From IMG/VR virus record IMGVR_UViG_3300044971_004534: a DNA stretch of 64,000 nt, one strand, 5' to 3'. Below, piece by piece: positions 1-9,186 of the stretch. A program made the translations under genes and the position numbers. The stretch comes from a virus. The stretch's first letter is position 1. Each line of letters opens with the position of its first letter. A model generated the notes under the pieces. It did no database searches. It saw only the letters and a program-made list of their open reading frames with translations, and was not told where the DNA came from.

Positions 1-1
1 G

Positions 2-760
2 TATAAGCTGGCTCAAAATAGGTCTTTTTCTTGGGCCAATGTAGAGGGTATTTTATACACACCAGAGGCCATGAGAGACTTGAAAGATTTTAAGAAGTCT
101 CAGGAAGGAAGAAGTGCTAAGGAAATTAGCATGCTTATTAAAGACGTTATTGATAGAAGACAAATTAATTTACGGAATGTAGAATCCAGGTCTGCTGCAA
201 ATCCTTACATTCCAAACGGACCAAAAGAAAAAATAAAGATTCACGTATTTGAGCCAAGAGGTGTTGGACTCGCTGAAGGTCCCGGAAAGGCTTACAGAAT
301 AGGAGCACAACTATGTTCTTTAGGAGGAGAAACTTCAGAATCATCAGACAAATACATTCGAGAGCAAGAATTTGAAAGAACTGGACGTAAATTTTTAATT
401 ATCAAGAGAGTATTTGAAAATCATGATGAAGATTATTTGCCATGGATTAGTCTATATAATTCTTCTCACGTAGATGATTGTCCAAAATACACATTTCAAA
501 TTCAAAGAAAAGAAAACCAAGAAAAAATAGTAGATCTCAATCCTCAAAACCCTTTTGACTGGTTAGTAAATTCTGTAAAGATGATACGCGATAGAAATAT
601 TGAAGGCATCAGCATTCATAAAAGAATGCTTGAAGGAAAATCAGAAGAAGAAATTTTTAGTATTTTAGAATTTATGACAAAAAATCAGGCTAGATTCCCA
701 TCTAATATATTAAAAGATATAGGCAGGTGGATCGAGGAATACGTGGACAGAACAGGGTAA
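2..760 (+). CDS. hypothetical protein, 5' end cut by window edge; begins with (W)YKLAQ tag
   Basis: The frame of listed ORF 71..760 stays open back to nt 2 (YKLAQNRSFSWANVEG...). The first readable codons match the WYK[LIF][AS]Q N-terminal motif seen at 5891, 23590 and 30111. Confidence 0.6.
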   Translation, partial: YKLAQNRSFSWANVEGILYTPEAMRDLKDFKKSQEGRSAKEISMLIKDVIDRRQINLRNVESRSAANPYIPNGPKEKIKIHVFEPRGVGLAEGPGKAYRIGAQLCSLGGETSESSDKYIREQEFERTGRKFLIIKRVFENHDEDYLPWISLYNSSHVDDCPKYTFQIQRKENQEKIVDLNPQNPFDWLVNSVKMIRDRNIEGISIHKRMLEGKSEEEIFSILEFMTKNQARFPSNILKDIGRWIEEYVDRTG

Positions 761-780
761 TACATCTTTGGAAAACACAC

Positions 781-1236
781 ATGAACTATTCTGAATTTTA
801 TGGAACTGGAGATGACGCAAAAAGGCTTAAGCTTATTCTTATGTCTTACGATGAAGAGTATGCACGTCAAATGAAAACATATCCAGAGCAAAAAAATGCT
901 TTAACAACTCAGTTTAAGTCATATTCAAATCTAGTTATTAATCAACTTAATAGCTACACAGAATCAGGAGAAAGCGCTCCAAGTGGAGTCAGAATGCTTG
1001 GAATTGTTTTCAAAAAGAATTTAAATGTTGCCGCTAAGTACGAGCTTATTAATCCTGTAGAATTTTCTACATATACTGACGCAGCAAAATCTTTCTATGT
1101 CAGTCAAAACTTAGACGTAAGTGAATACTTTGATAATTCAGAAAATTCAACAGAACTGTTTAATAGAATTAATACTAGTCAGGATAATCCTACAGGTATA
1201 ACATACTTAGATTCATCAGGTTCATTAGTGAGGTAA
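781..1236 (+). CDS. hypothetical protein
   Basis: Listed ORF 727..1236 starts at a GTG inside the upstream gene. The first ATG (MNYSEFYGTGDD) at 781 follows the upstream stop at 760. Confidence 0.55.
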   Translation: MNYSEFYGTGDDAKRLKLILMSYDEEYARQMKTYPEQKNALTTQFKSYSNLVINQLNSYTESGESAPSGVRMLGIVFKKNLNVAAKYELINPVEFSTYTDAAKSFYVSQNLDVSEYFDNSENSTELFNRINTSQDNPTGITYLDSSGSLVR

Positions 1237-1241
1237 TAAAG

Positions 1242-1520
1242 ATGTCTTTTAGAGAAAAAATCGGATTTGAAAAACAAGGCGACCAATGGGTTCGCACCCA
1301 GGCAGCGCTAAACGCTGCTGCTCCTAAAGCTATAAGTAGAATTGAAAAACTTATATATTCTGCTGATACTGCTGCAGGTATTGGAGACATGAACGGAGCT
1401 GCGTTTCATGCGAATTGGGCCAGAATTGTCATACAGAGTGCACTAGACAATGGTTTTATTACTCAAAATCAGCACTCAACATACATGTCTCAAATTAACG
1501 CTATTTCTCCGCCAGAATAA
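1242..1520 (+). CDS. hypothetical protein
   Basis: 92-aa ORF with a GAGG Shine-Dalgarno site 8 nt upstream of the ATG. A strong terminator hairpin follows it. Confidence 0.65.
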   Translation: MSFREKIGFEKQGDQWVRTQAALNAAAPKAISRIEKLIYSADTAAGIGDMNGAAFHANWARIVIQSALDNGFITQNQHSTYMSQINAISPPE

Positions 1521-1532
1521 TAGAGATATTAG

Positions 1533-1571
1533 ATACAACAAAGGGGAGCTTTTGGCTCCCCTTTGTTGTAT
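1533..1571. terminator. bidirectional rho-independent terminator
   Basis: Perfect 17-bp stem atacaacaaaggggagc / gctcccctttgttgtat with a 5-nt loop. It sits between convergent genes 1242..1520 (+) and 1590..2228 (-). Confidence 0.8.
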
Positions 1572-1589
1572 TATAAAATGTAAAAATAA

Positions 1590-2228
1590 TTATTTACGCT
1601 TACGTTGACTAAAGCTGCAAAGACCTGCAATACCAATAAGAGATACTGCTCCTGGTGCAGGAATTGCGTTTACTCCAAAGCCACAGTAGTCAATAAAGTT
1701 TCCCTGAGTAGATCCGCCTGTGGCGCTAACTGCCTGAAATGCGAATCTTGTCAGATTTCCTATACTAACTATAGATCCTGAATGAAATTGCCAAGCAGTT
1801 TCATCTGCAGTAAAGTTGCCCTGATACAGAACAGTGTCATCTCCGTTGCCATACAGCTGATCTGCGCCAAGATCAATTATTGAAAGCTGCATGACATCAA
1901 CTCCGTATCTGCCTCTGTGAGCAAAATGCCAATTAATTGTATTGAAATCTCCTAAGCCATTGACGTGCTGATACAAAGTAGAATCGTAGTTTGCATTGAG
2001 TTCAGCGAATGAACTTCCCTCATATGCAGGCACTCCAAGAAATCCATCTGACCAAATCTCCAAATTGTTGTCTGGTGCTGTGGTTGCCCAGTTCAAAGTT
2101 GGGTCAGAACCAGAAAAGAAACCATAACCCCAGGTCTGAAAATCTTCAAAACCACCGTTTACAAGATCTGCCATACAACTTGTAGAAATAACTAAAGTAG
2201 ACAAAAATGCACAAGCGTATTTAACCAT
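1590..2228 (-). CDS. secreted protein with N-terminal signal peptide and PEP-CTERM-like C-terminal sorting signal
   Basis: N-terminus MVKYACAFLSTLVISTSCMA then DLVNGGFEDF, a start typical of lectin/CBM-like domains. C-terminus IPAPGAVSLIGIAGLCSFSQRKRK has a P-x-P motif, a TM helix and a basic cluster. Sampled GC is ~48%, above neighbouring genes. Confidence 0.75.
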   Translation of the reverse strand: MVKYACAFLSTLVISTSCMADLVNGGFEDFQTWGYGFFSGSDPTLNWATTAPDNNLEIWSDGFLGVPAYEGSSFAELNANYDSTLYQHVNGLGDFNTINWHFAHRGRYGVDVMQLSIIDLGADQLYGNGDDTVLYQGNFTADETAWQFHSGSIVSIGNLTRFAFQAVSATGGSTQGNFIDYCGFGVNAIPAPGAVSLIGIAGLCSFSQRKRK

Positions 2229-2269
2229 TTAATAAACCCTCCTTATTAAAATTGGTAATGGTGTAAAAA

Positions 2270-3064
2270 TTATATTCTTTTACGATTATGAAAAAATTGA
2301 CTAAAAGCAACTACAGTAAAAGCTCCAGGTGATGGAACGGACGGTGGCACATAGTATCCACCAGTGTCTATACCATAGTACTCTCCAAATCCATAGTTAG
2401 TTCCAAGAGCAAGTGTAGTGCTATAGACATCAAATGGCAGCAAACTAGGAGTAAAAAAGGCTGCGTATGGATCTGCAAATCCTGTTTGAGCTGCCAAAGA
2501 GGTAACCGGGGCTAAATTAATATCTGTCGCCAAAGCTGCCTGCACAATTTGCTTTGTCAATTTATTTTGCTCATTAGTAACAACAAGTGGAGCTTCAACT
2601 GGCTTATCTCCACCAATTTTATTTTCTTTGGGAAATCTAGCAAGTTCATCTGAGATCTGATAGCCACGAGTCTGTTCTTTGTTGTCAATTTTGAATGGTT
2701 TCTGCCAGTGCCCTTGATAAGGTTGGCCAAACAAAGCGGAATTTGACTGCTTATTACTATTATTGTCTTTTTGTTCTTGATTTTTTGGAGCGTCTGCTTT
2801 CCCAATATCAGAAGCTGCAGTTATGGCAGAATTCATGCCATTAATCGCTGACATAAGAGACTGTACTCCACGTTCACCAAGCAATGTGATTGCAGAAGTA
2901 CATACGATGGTCATAACGTAAACTTTTTTCTCTAAGCTTTTAACCTTAGATTTTGCTTCTTCACACATTCTGGCACATGAAGAGCATCCCCCAGAAATGC
3001 TCTCAACATGCGAGTGTGAAACTGGCGTAGGCGCAGGCTGCTGAATGTCTTTTTTAATCCCCAT
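2270..3064 (-). CDS. envelope protein with hydrophobic signal/anchor and PEP-CTERM-like C-terminal tail
   Basis: C-terminus VPSPGAFTVVAFSQFFHNRKRI shares the P[AS]PGA-hydrophobic-SQ..RKR pattern with the gene downstream. Hydrophobic segment VYVMTIVCTSAITLL lies near the N-terminus, so the true start may be an internal Met. Confidence 0.65.
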   Translation of the reverse strand: MGIKKDIQQPAPTPVSHSHVESISGGCSSCARMCEEAKSKVKSLEKKVYVMTIVCTSAITLLGERGVQSLMSAINGMNSAITAASDIGKADAPKNQEQKDNNSNKQSNSALFGQPYQGHWQKPFKIDNKEQTRGYQISDELARFPKENKIGGDKPVEAPLVVTNEQNKLTKQIVQAALATDINLAPVTSLAAQTGFADPYAAFFTPSLLPFDVYSTTLALGTNYGFGEYYGIDTGGYYVPPSVPSPGAFTVVAFSQFFHNRKRI

Positions 3065-3204
3065 TTGTACCCCCCGATACTTTGAAGTTGCGAATATACT
3101 TAATTTAAAAATACGATATATTATTTCATTTTCCTTTTGTAATAAGCACTCATCTTATTTGATAATAGTCAGAAAGGTAATGGATTTATTTTTAGTAATA
3201 TTTT

Positions 3205-5904
3205 ATGTATTTAAAGTATTTTATGAATATAGAAAAAACTGCACAACTTAATTGGTTTCGAGGAATAAGGGATCGCATTCGTGGCAACAAGCCAGATGAA
3301 AGCGGTCAAGAATTGTCATTTAATGAACAAGAACTGCGTGGGCTTGAAGAAATAGAAAGAAGAAAGACTGAAGAAGAAAGAAAAAGAGTTGATAAGCTGG
3401 TCCAAGAATCAAAAGAAAGAGCTGAAAGCTTTGGTAGACCTGACAATATTCCCGGAAAATTTGAATTAAGTAGATCTAGTATTCAAAATATATTGTCTAT
3501 GGACAGAGATACTTTATGGCATAAGCTTTGTGCATCTTTTGAGAATTGTTCTCCTTATGTTTCTGAAACTACGGCACAAAGGGGAAGAATAATAAGATAT
3601 CTTGTAGACACTAGGCAAGGCGATTATCGAGGTGGCTGGGGAAGTGTGCTTAGGAGCATAGATTTTCTACTGCAAGGATTAGAATTAGATATACGTAATG
3701 CAGGCAATAATAGTAAAGCGGCAATATCTCATAATAATATGCAAGAAATTTTTACCAATAGAGATTGGCTCATGGCAAATAAAGATGGAATTCAACGAGC
3801 CTATGCACAAGCATCTCCAGACTCTATTAATAAAGAAGTTTTAAATAAATTTTTAACAAATAAACAATCGTATTATGCTCGACGTGATGCAGCTATAGAA
3901 GTATGGGCATCATTTTTAAAAAATAAATATCAATATTACTATGGAAATACATTAAGTGATCAGTATTTTTATAATATTCATCTGTATGCGGATAGGTTAT
4001 GGGAAGATTTTAAATTATATTTTCGATTGATGTCAGGTAATCTATTCCACAACATAGGCATTCAATTAGGTAAAAAATACTTACCAGAAGATATGCAATC
4101 AATTTCTGATGGTGTTCATGCAATAGATGTAAGTATGTTCGACATAGCAAAGCCAGCTAATTTAATGCAATCACGCAGTAATGCAAGGGGTGAAAATGAT
4201 ATCTTTTATAATTGGACCGTGAATAAATGGAAAGAATTTGTAGAAGATACACATTTAATGCTAAGCGTCTTTGGATTTAATTTAAAAGGTGTGTCAAATA
4301 TTAATAATATAAATGGAGAAAATTTATATTACAATATGATGCAAAAAATAATTATGATAGAAAATATTGTTAATAGAGATCCTTTTATAAGTCATATTTT
4401 TAATAACAGTAGATTAGATTTAGGAGATAGCTATTATATATATGCACAAATTAAAGACAAAATGAGTGCTGATCATAATCCAAATAGAGAAGAATATTTA
4501 GTTTCTATATTAAATCAAATTTATGTTAATCAGCATGGAGGGTACTCAAGAGCAATATCTGAAGCTTCAGATGAAAGTTTGAGATCGGCGGCAGATAGGG
4601 TGCCATTTGCAGTAGAACATATTTTATTGCATTTAGAATTTGGTGAAAATATGTATAATGTTATTAATAATTTTGACCAATATCAATCTGCTCTAAATTC
4701 ATACAGAGAAAAACAGCATTCAGCATTAAAAAAAGTAAGAAACGTTCTAGCCAATCCTGATTTAACACAGATGTCTCCCGAAGAGGCAAGACAGTATTTT
4801 GTAGAAAAACTTAATAGACTAGCGAATAGGGAGTTTGAAGGTAGCAATATCGAAAAGGCAAAGCAAGAGCAAATTCTTGATTCTCCATTTGAGCACACAT
4901 CAGTGATAAGACCGTCTACCTTTCCTGGTCAAGCAGCATTTAATAGCAACTCCTTGCCTGAATTGCAAGGAACTCCAATTTCTTTTAATATAGCAATTTA
5001 TCCAAAAAAGAAAGAAAATGACCCGGAAAACTTTGCACAAGTTCTTGCTCCAGGTGGGCACGCACAAGATGGACTAAACTTTCATCATCAGAATATTCCG
5101 TCATTAGAAAATAAGAAATATTATAGTCATATACTTGGCTGGATAGGTGGATGGGTTGACGTAGTAGGCTCGAACATGTATATAGCAGAAATTCAAAGCG
5201 ACGTTATGCAACATACGTCTTACATGAAAGATCCAGAAAAGTCAAAAACAAAATTGAACGAAGAACTTAAAAAGCAAATGCAAGAATTGCAAAAAGAAAA
5301 AGACAATCTTGCTAAACAATCTACAGAAGGTATAGAAAAATTCTATGATAAAAGAATTGAAGAGTTAGAAAAAAAGAGAGATAGCGCAAATAATGAGGCA
5401 ATGAAGCAGCAAATGGATACTGCAATAAAAAAATTAACAGAACAAAAAAACGCTAAAGAAGATCCGTGGGTTAAACTAAGAAAAAAAATAAAAGACATAG
5501 AAAATGTTATTGTTGAAATTAAAAATCAAATTCAAGAGCTTATTGATTATGAAAGAAACACTAACGATCAATGGAGAAAAAGGCCGCAGTTTGCTGATGT
5601 AAAGTCAAAAATAGAAAATAGATTTTCTGAATATGTCGATGTTTTTTATAATGAAGCAATTTACTATTGTGCTCAACTCAAAATTAAAGGTTTATGGATA
5701 GTGCATTCAGATCTTTTAGCTGCAGTCTGGCGACATTTTGCAACGGCTGATACCGTAGAAATGTATAAGAAAATATACGACAAACGAGCGATGGAGATGG
5801 GAGCAGAAAAGAAGGGCAACTGGTGGCACTTAGATCTTACCAAGAAAATGCCTAAGTATGCAAGCACAAATTGGTATCAAAGGACTAAAAATGGGATGGT
5901 ATAA
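3205..5904 (+). CDS. large protein, paralog 1 of a tandem pair (unknown function)
   Basis: 899-aa ORF; the start may be the ATG at 3223 (MNIEKTAQLNWFRG). The C-terminal ~330 aa align with 5891..8986: FEHTS, FNIAIYPKK, GLNFH, GWIGGWVD, YIAEIQSDVMQ, ENRFSEYVDVFYNE, MYKKIYD, WWHLDL, MPKYAS, NWYQ. Confidence 0.85.
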   Translation: MYLKYFMNIEKTAQLNWFRGIRDRIRGNKPDESGQELSFNEQELRGLEEIERRKTEEERKRVDKLVQESKERAESFGRPDNIPGKFELSRSSIQNILSMDRDTLWHKLCASFENCSPYVSETTAQRGRIIRYLVDTRQGDYRGGWGSVLRSIDFLLQGLELDIRNAGNNSKAAISHNNMQEIFTNRDWLMANKDGIQRAYAQASPDSINKEVLNKFLTNKQSYYARRDAAIEVWASFLKNKYQYYYGNTLSDQYFYNIHLYADRLWEDFKLYFRLMSGNLFHNIGIQLGKKYLPEDMQSISDGVHAIDVSMFDIAKPANLMQSRSNARGENDIFYNWTVNKWKEFVEDTHLMLSVFGFNLKGVSNINNINGENLYYNMMQKIIMIENIVNRDPFISHIFNNSRLDLGDSYYIYAQIKDKMSADHNPNREEYLVSILNQIYVNQHGGYSRAISEASDESLRSAADRVPFAVEHILLHLEFGENMYNVINNFDQYQSALNSYREKQHSALKKVRNVLANPDLTQMSPEEARQYFVEKLNRLANREFEGSNIEKAKQEQILDSPFEHTSVIRPSTFPGQAAFNSNSLPELQGTPISFNIAIYPKKKENDPENFAQVLAPGGHAQDGLNFHHQNIPSLENKKYYSHILGWIGGWVDVVGSNMYIAEIQSDVMQHTSYMKDPEKSKTKLNEELKKQMQELQKEKDNLAKQSTEGIEKFYDKRIEELEKKRDSANNEAMKQQMDTAIKKLTEQKNAKEDPWVKLRKKIKDIENVIVEIKNQIQELIDYERNTNDQWRKRPQFADVKSKIENRFSEYVDVFYNEAIYYCAQLKIKGLWIVHSDLLAAVWRHFATADTVEMYKKIYDKRAMEMGAEKKGNWWHLDLTKKMPKYASTNWYQRTKNGMV

Positions 5905-8900
5905 GTTTGCACAACTTCATGCAATGAAGTGCTCTCCAGTAAACTTGAAAAAGTTACTGCAATTTGCACACACTCCAGGACAGGCTTATTTGTTCGAGAT
6001 GGGCGAAGAACATTCTGCTATGCAAAAACACATAGAAAGACTTGGCGGAAAAAGATATAAAATTCAATTTTTACTCAACACGTTTGATGCAATGCTTACC
6101 GATCTAGATAACACAAAATTAGATTTTGAAGTAGATCAAGATAGGATTGCAAATCGCATAGATTCCGACTATGTAGAAGAATCATATGGTTATATTTTTG
6201 ATGAAGATGACACTAAGTTTTGGGAAAACATAGATGGCATAAATGATCAAGTTTTAGAATTTATTGAAGAATCTTGGGATGTTTCTGAAGATGACTTTGA
6301 GAGTCGCTTATTTCATTATCCAGTAAGTAGTCGTGAACCAAATAATTCAAAAGAACTCGTTAGTCTCAAAGACATTTCAGAAGAACTGTCTAGTTTTGCG
6401 TATTTTGGAGATATGATTTCTTGCATAGGCAATTTGAAACATGATAAATATGTAGCTCGTGATATCATGAGAGAAATAGCGGATATAGATATTGATTTAA
6501 GGTCAATGGGAGAATCAGCAACCGGCATTCATGTTCATACGTGGGCTAAAAATAAAGGCATTGATCTGACGCTTGCTGTGGTTCAAAAAGCAGCAGGTGG
6601 AGAACAAAATGTTGAGATCGCAAAATACGATCCAGATTCAGCAAAACAAATAGCACAAAAAGCTTACTCTAATGTTGCAAATTCTTGGGTTGACAGTATA
6701 GAAAAATTACCACATTCTAAAACAGATTTAGAAGAAGCAATTGAAGAAGCATTCAGAGATCAGGTAAAAGAATCATGGTGGGAGTCTAACAAACAACGCT
6801 TTATGGAAGATGCAGTTGATAATGAAATTGAAAGTACTGCGGATTCATTTAATTATGATGATAGAAGATGGGCTAAAAACACATTGCCCGCAGAATCAGT
6901 AGACCCAAACGTCAGACATCATGTAAGTAAAACTTTTACGGAAGCATTAAAGGAGCACAGCTGGCTAGATAGAGACGAAGATTCTGGTCATGTACAGGTT
7001 GAAGCTAGTAGCTATTTTGCAAACTTAGGAGTTAAAGATTGGAGTAAAATAGCGGATGATATACAGGAAATGGCGGATGACCACGCAATGACTGGTTACG
7101 AAGATTATGTAAAAGAAATAAGATCATATACATCTATGATTAATTGGATTGTAGCAAGTGATCCAGACTTGTCTGCAATCTTTTCTGATGAAGACGCAGA
7201 CCCGACAACACTTACGCAGACTGCTACGGATTTGGGGCAAATAGTTAAAACTTCATATGAGGTTATATCTCTTATGCCTCAGGACGATGCAAGACGCATG
7301 GAGCAAAGCATAACTGCAGAAAATCCAGAGATTGAAGACTGGATTAAAGCCTTAAGAGAAAGAGAAGAAGTAGAAAGACAGGCGAGAGAAACTCAAGCTG
7401 CCATGCTTGCGGAAGAAGAGGCAAGAAAAGCTATACAAAGATCAAATAGAGAAAGAATTGAAAAAGAAGTTTCTGAAGAGTCTAAAAAAATTAATGATCC
7501 AAATATCGGCTCAAGGTCTTTCACAGAAGAGCAAAAGCAGCAGGCAAAAACTCAAAACATTATTGGTAAACCATTTGAGCACATGTCAACATTGCGGGTT
7601 GATCAAAAATACCCTGGAGTGAGCGCCTTTGTGTTAAAGCCAGTACCTATGGAAAGTGAAGTTCCTTATAAGACTTTCCATATTGCTATATATCCAAAAA
7701 AGGAGCAAAGCGATCCGACAAGACTGCATGATGTCTTTGATAGAAGTGCGGGTTTAAATTTTCATGGATTTAGTTTTCCTGAACATGTGAATGAAAATTA
7801 TTACGATCTTATTGGATGGGTTGGCGGCACTATTGACCTTTATAATAAGATAATGTACGTCACAGAAATACAAAGTGATGTAATGCAAAATACCCCTCGC
7901 ATGAAAGATGTTTCCAAGAGCATTGTTGCTTTGAACGAGGGAAAAAATAGCTTATTAGCTGAAGCTGAAAAAATAAAAACATATATTACCACAAATGATA
8001 TCAATGCATATTATGACAAGAGAATACAAGATTTAAAATTAAAAATTCAATCCATGAGTGACAGTCCTGCTGCAATGCAAATGCAGCAAGCTGTTTTAAA
8101 ATTAGAAGAGTTAAAGAATAAGGGTGTAGACCCTTTTGAAAAAGAAAGACAAAAACTACACGATATTGACAATAAACTTAAAGAGATTAATAGGCAAATA
8201 AATGATATAGAAGAATTTGATAAGAAACCTTCTGCCAAACTAAATAAACCTCATCTTTCAGAATTAAGATCTCGAATAGAAAATAGATTTACTGATTGGG
8301 TAGATACCTTCTATAATGAAATATTTATGTATTGTTCTCGCTTAGGAATAAAACATTTATATATAGCAGCTTCTTCTTATTTGTATCTAACATGGAGACA
8401 GTATGCCAAGGCATCTACACTAGAATTGTATAAAAAGATATATGATACAAAGGCTGAGAAGTACGGAATGCGTAAAGTACATTATAAGGGTGTCACGTAT
8501 TGGCATTTAGATCTATCAGAAAACATGCCAAAGTTTGCGAGCAAAGAAAGGTTACAAATGTCTAAAAATAATTGGTATAGGCAAATTAAAACTGCAATGG
8601 ATTTTAGCAGTATTTACATTGATGATATAAAAAGAAAATTTTCTAATGGAGAGATTACGGAAGAGCAAATGCAAGCGCAGATACGTGAAAGATATATGGA
8701 ACACACACAAGATCCAACTACTCGTGACCCAAAACTGTTTATTATAGAAGCAAAAACTTTCTTTGATACGATTAAGCATATTGAAGGCAGAGAAAGGGGT
8801 GGAGAAGATTCTGAGTTTTCAAAAGCTCAATTTATGAGGGAAGCATTGGGTCAGTTTTTAGAATTTAATGGTAAGAAATATACAGACAGAGACGGCAAGC

Positions 8901-8986
8901 TAGAAGAGCCATTTAAATCAATACTTCAAAGATTGCTTATACAGAAATTTAATTACGACATGGATTTAGATGAAATGGTAGAGTGA
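5891..8986 (+). CDS. large protein, paralog 2 of a tandem pair; N-terminal MGWYKFAQ tag
   Basis: Listed ORF 5858..8986. The ATG at 5891 gives MGWYKFAQ and a 14-nt overlap with the upstream stop. It shares FEHMS, FHIAIYPKK, GLNFH, GWVGGTID, YVTEIQSDVMQ, ENRFTDWVDTFYNE, LYKKIYD, YWHLDL, MPKFAS and NNWYRQ with paralog 1. Confidence 0.85.
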   Translation: MGWYKFAQLHAMKCSPVNLKKLLQFAHTPGQAYLFEMGEEHSAMQKHIERLGGKRYKIQFLLNTFDAMLTDLDNTKLDFEVDQDRIANRIDSDYVEESYGYIFDEDDTKFWENIDGINDQVLEFIEESWDVSEDDFESRLFHYPVSSREPNNSKELVSLKDISEELSSFAYFGDMISCIGNLKHDKYVARDIMREIADIDIDLRSMGESATGIHVHTWAKNKGIDLTLAVVQKAAGGEQNVEIAKYDPDSAKQIAQKAYSNVANSWVDSIEKLPHSKTDLEEAIEEAFRDQVKESWWESNKQRFMEDAVDNEIESTADSFNYDDRRWAKNTLPAESVDPNVRHHVSKTFTEALKEHSWLDRDEDSGHVQVEASSYFANLGVKDWSKIADDIQEMADDHAMTGYEDYVKEIRSYTSMINWIVASDPDLSAIFSDEDADPTTLTQTATDLGQIVKTSYEVISLMPQDDARRMEQSITAENPEIEDWIKALREREEVERQARETQAAMLAEEEARKAIQRSNRERIEKEVSEESKKINDPNIGSRSFTEEQKQQAKTQNIIGKPFEHMSTLRVDQKYPGVSAFVLKPVPMESEVPYKTFHIAIYPKKEQSDPTRLHDVFDRSAGLNFHGFSFPEHVNENYYDLIGWVGGTIDLYNKIMYVTEIQSDVMQNTPRMKDVSKSIVALNEGKNSLLAEAEKIKTYITTNDINAYYDKRIQDLKLKIQSMSDSPAAMQMQQAVLKLEELKNKGVDPFEKERQKLHDIDNKLKEINRQINDIEEFDKKPSAKLNKPHLSELRSRIENRFTDWVDTFYNEIFMYCSRLGIKHLYIAASSYLYLTWRQYAKASTLELYKKIYDTKAEKYGMRKVHYKGVTYWHLDLSENMPKFASKERLQMSKNNWYRQIKTAMDFSSIYIDDIKRKFSNGEITEEQMQAQIRERYMEHTQDPTTRDPKLFIIEAKTFFDTIKHIEGRERGGEDSEFSKAQFMREALGQFLEFNGKKYTDRDGKLEEPFKSILQRLLIQKFNYDMDLDEMVE

Positions 8987-9030
8987 TTTCTACGACAAAT
9001 AAGTAAAAGCTCTATCATAGGAGAACTTAC

Positions 9031-9174
9031 ATGGGAAAAAATGTTAGAAATAATTACAGCGACAATGGCATGACTAGAAGAAACTGGAAGGCAAAAATGA
9101 TGAAGAAAAAGCATGACCGAATAAGAAATCTTGAAGGCTGCAATGCAAGAAAGCAAGCCGAAAACCCTCAGTAA
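9031..9174 (+). CDS. small basic protein (47 aa), below the ORF-track cutoff
   Basis: MGKNVRNNYSDNGMTRRNWKAKMMKKKHDRIRNLEGCNARKQAENPQ. AGGAGAA lies 6 nt upstream of the ATG, and a terminator hairpin overlaps the stop. Confidence 0.4.
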   Translation: MGKNVRNNYSDNGMTRRNWKAKMMKKKHDRIRNLEGCNARKQAENPQ

Positions 9175-9186
9175 TGAGGGTTTTTT
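9161..9186 (+). terminator. rho-independent terminator
   Basis: aaaaccctca gtaa tgagggtttt forms a 10-bp stem followed by a T run. Confidence 0.75.

Noticed and set aside
5858-5890. Listed start of the second giant paralog at 5858 (MQAQIGIKGLK...)
   Set aside because: It would overlap the upstream gene by 47 nt. The ATG at 5891 yields the recurrent MGWYKFAQ N-terminus, so it is preferred.
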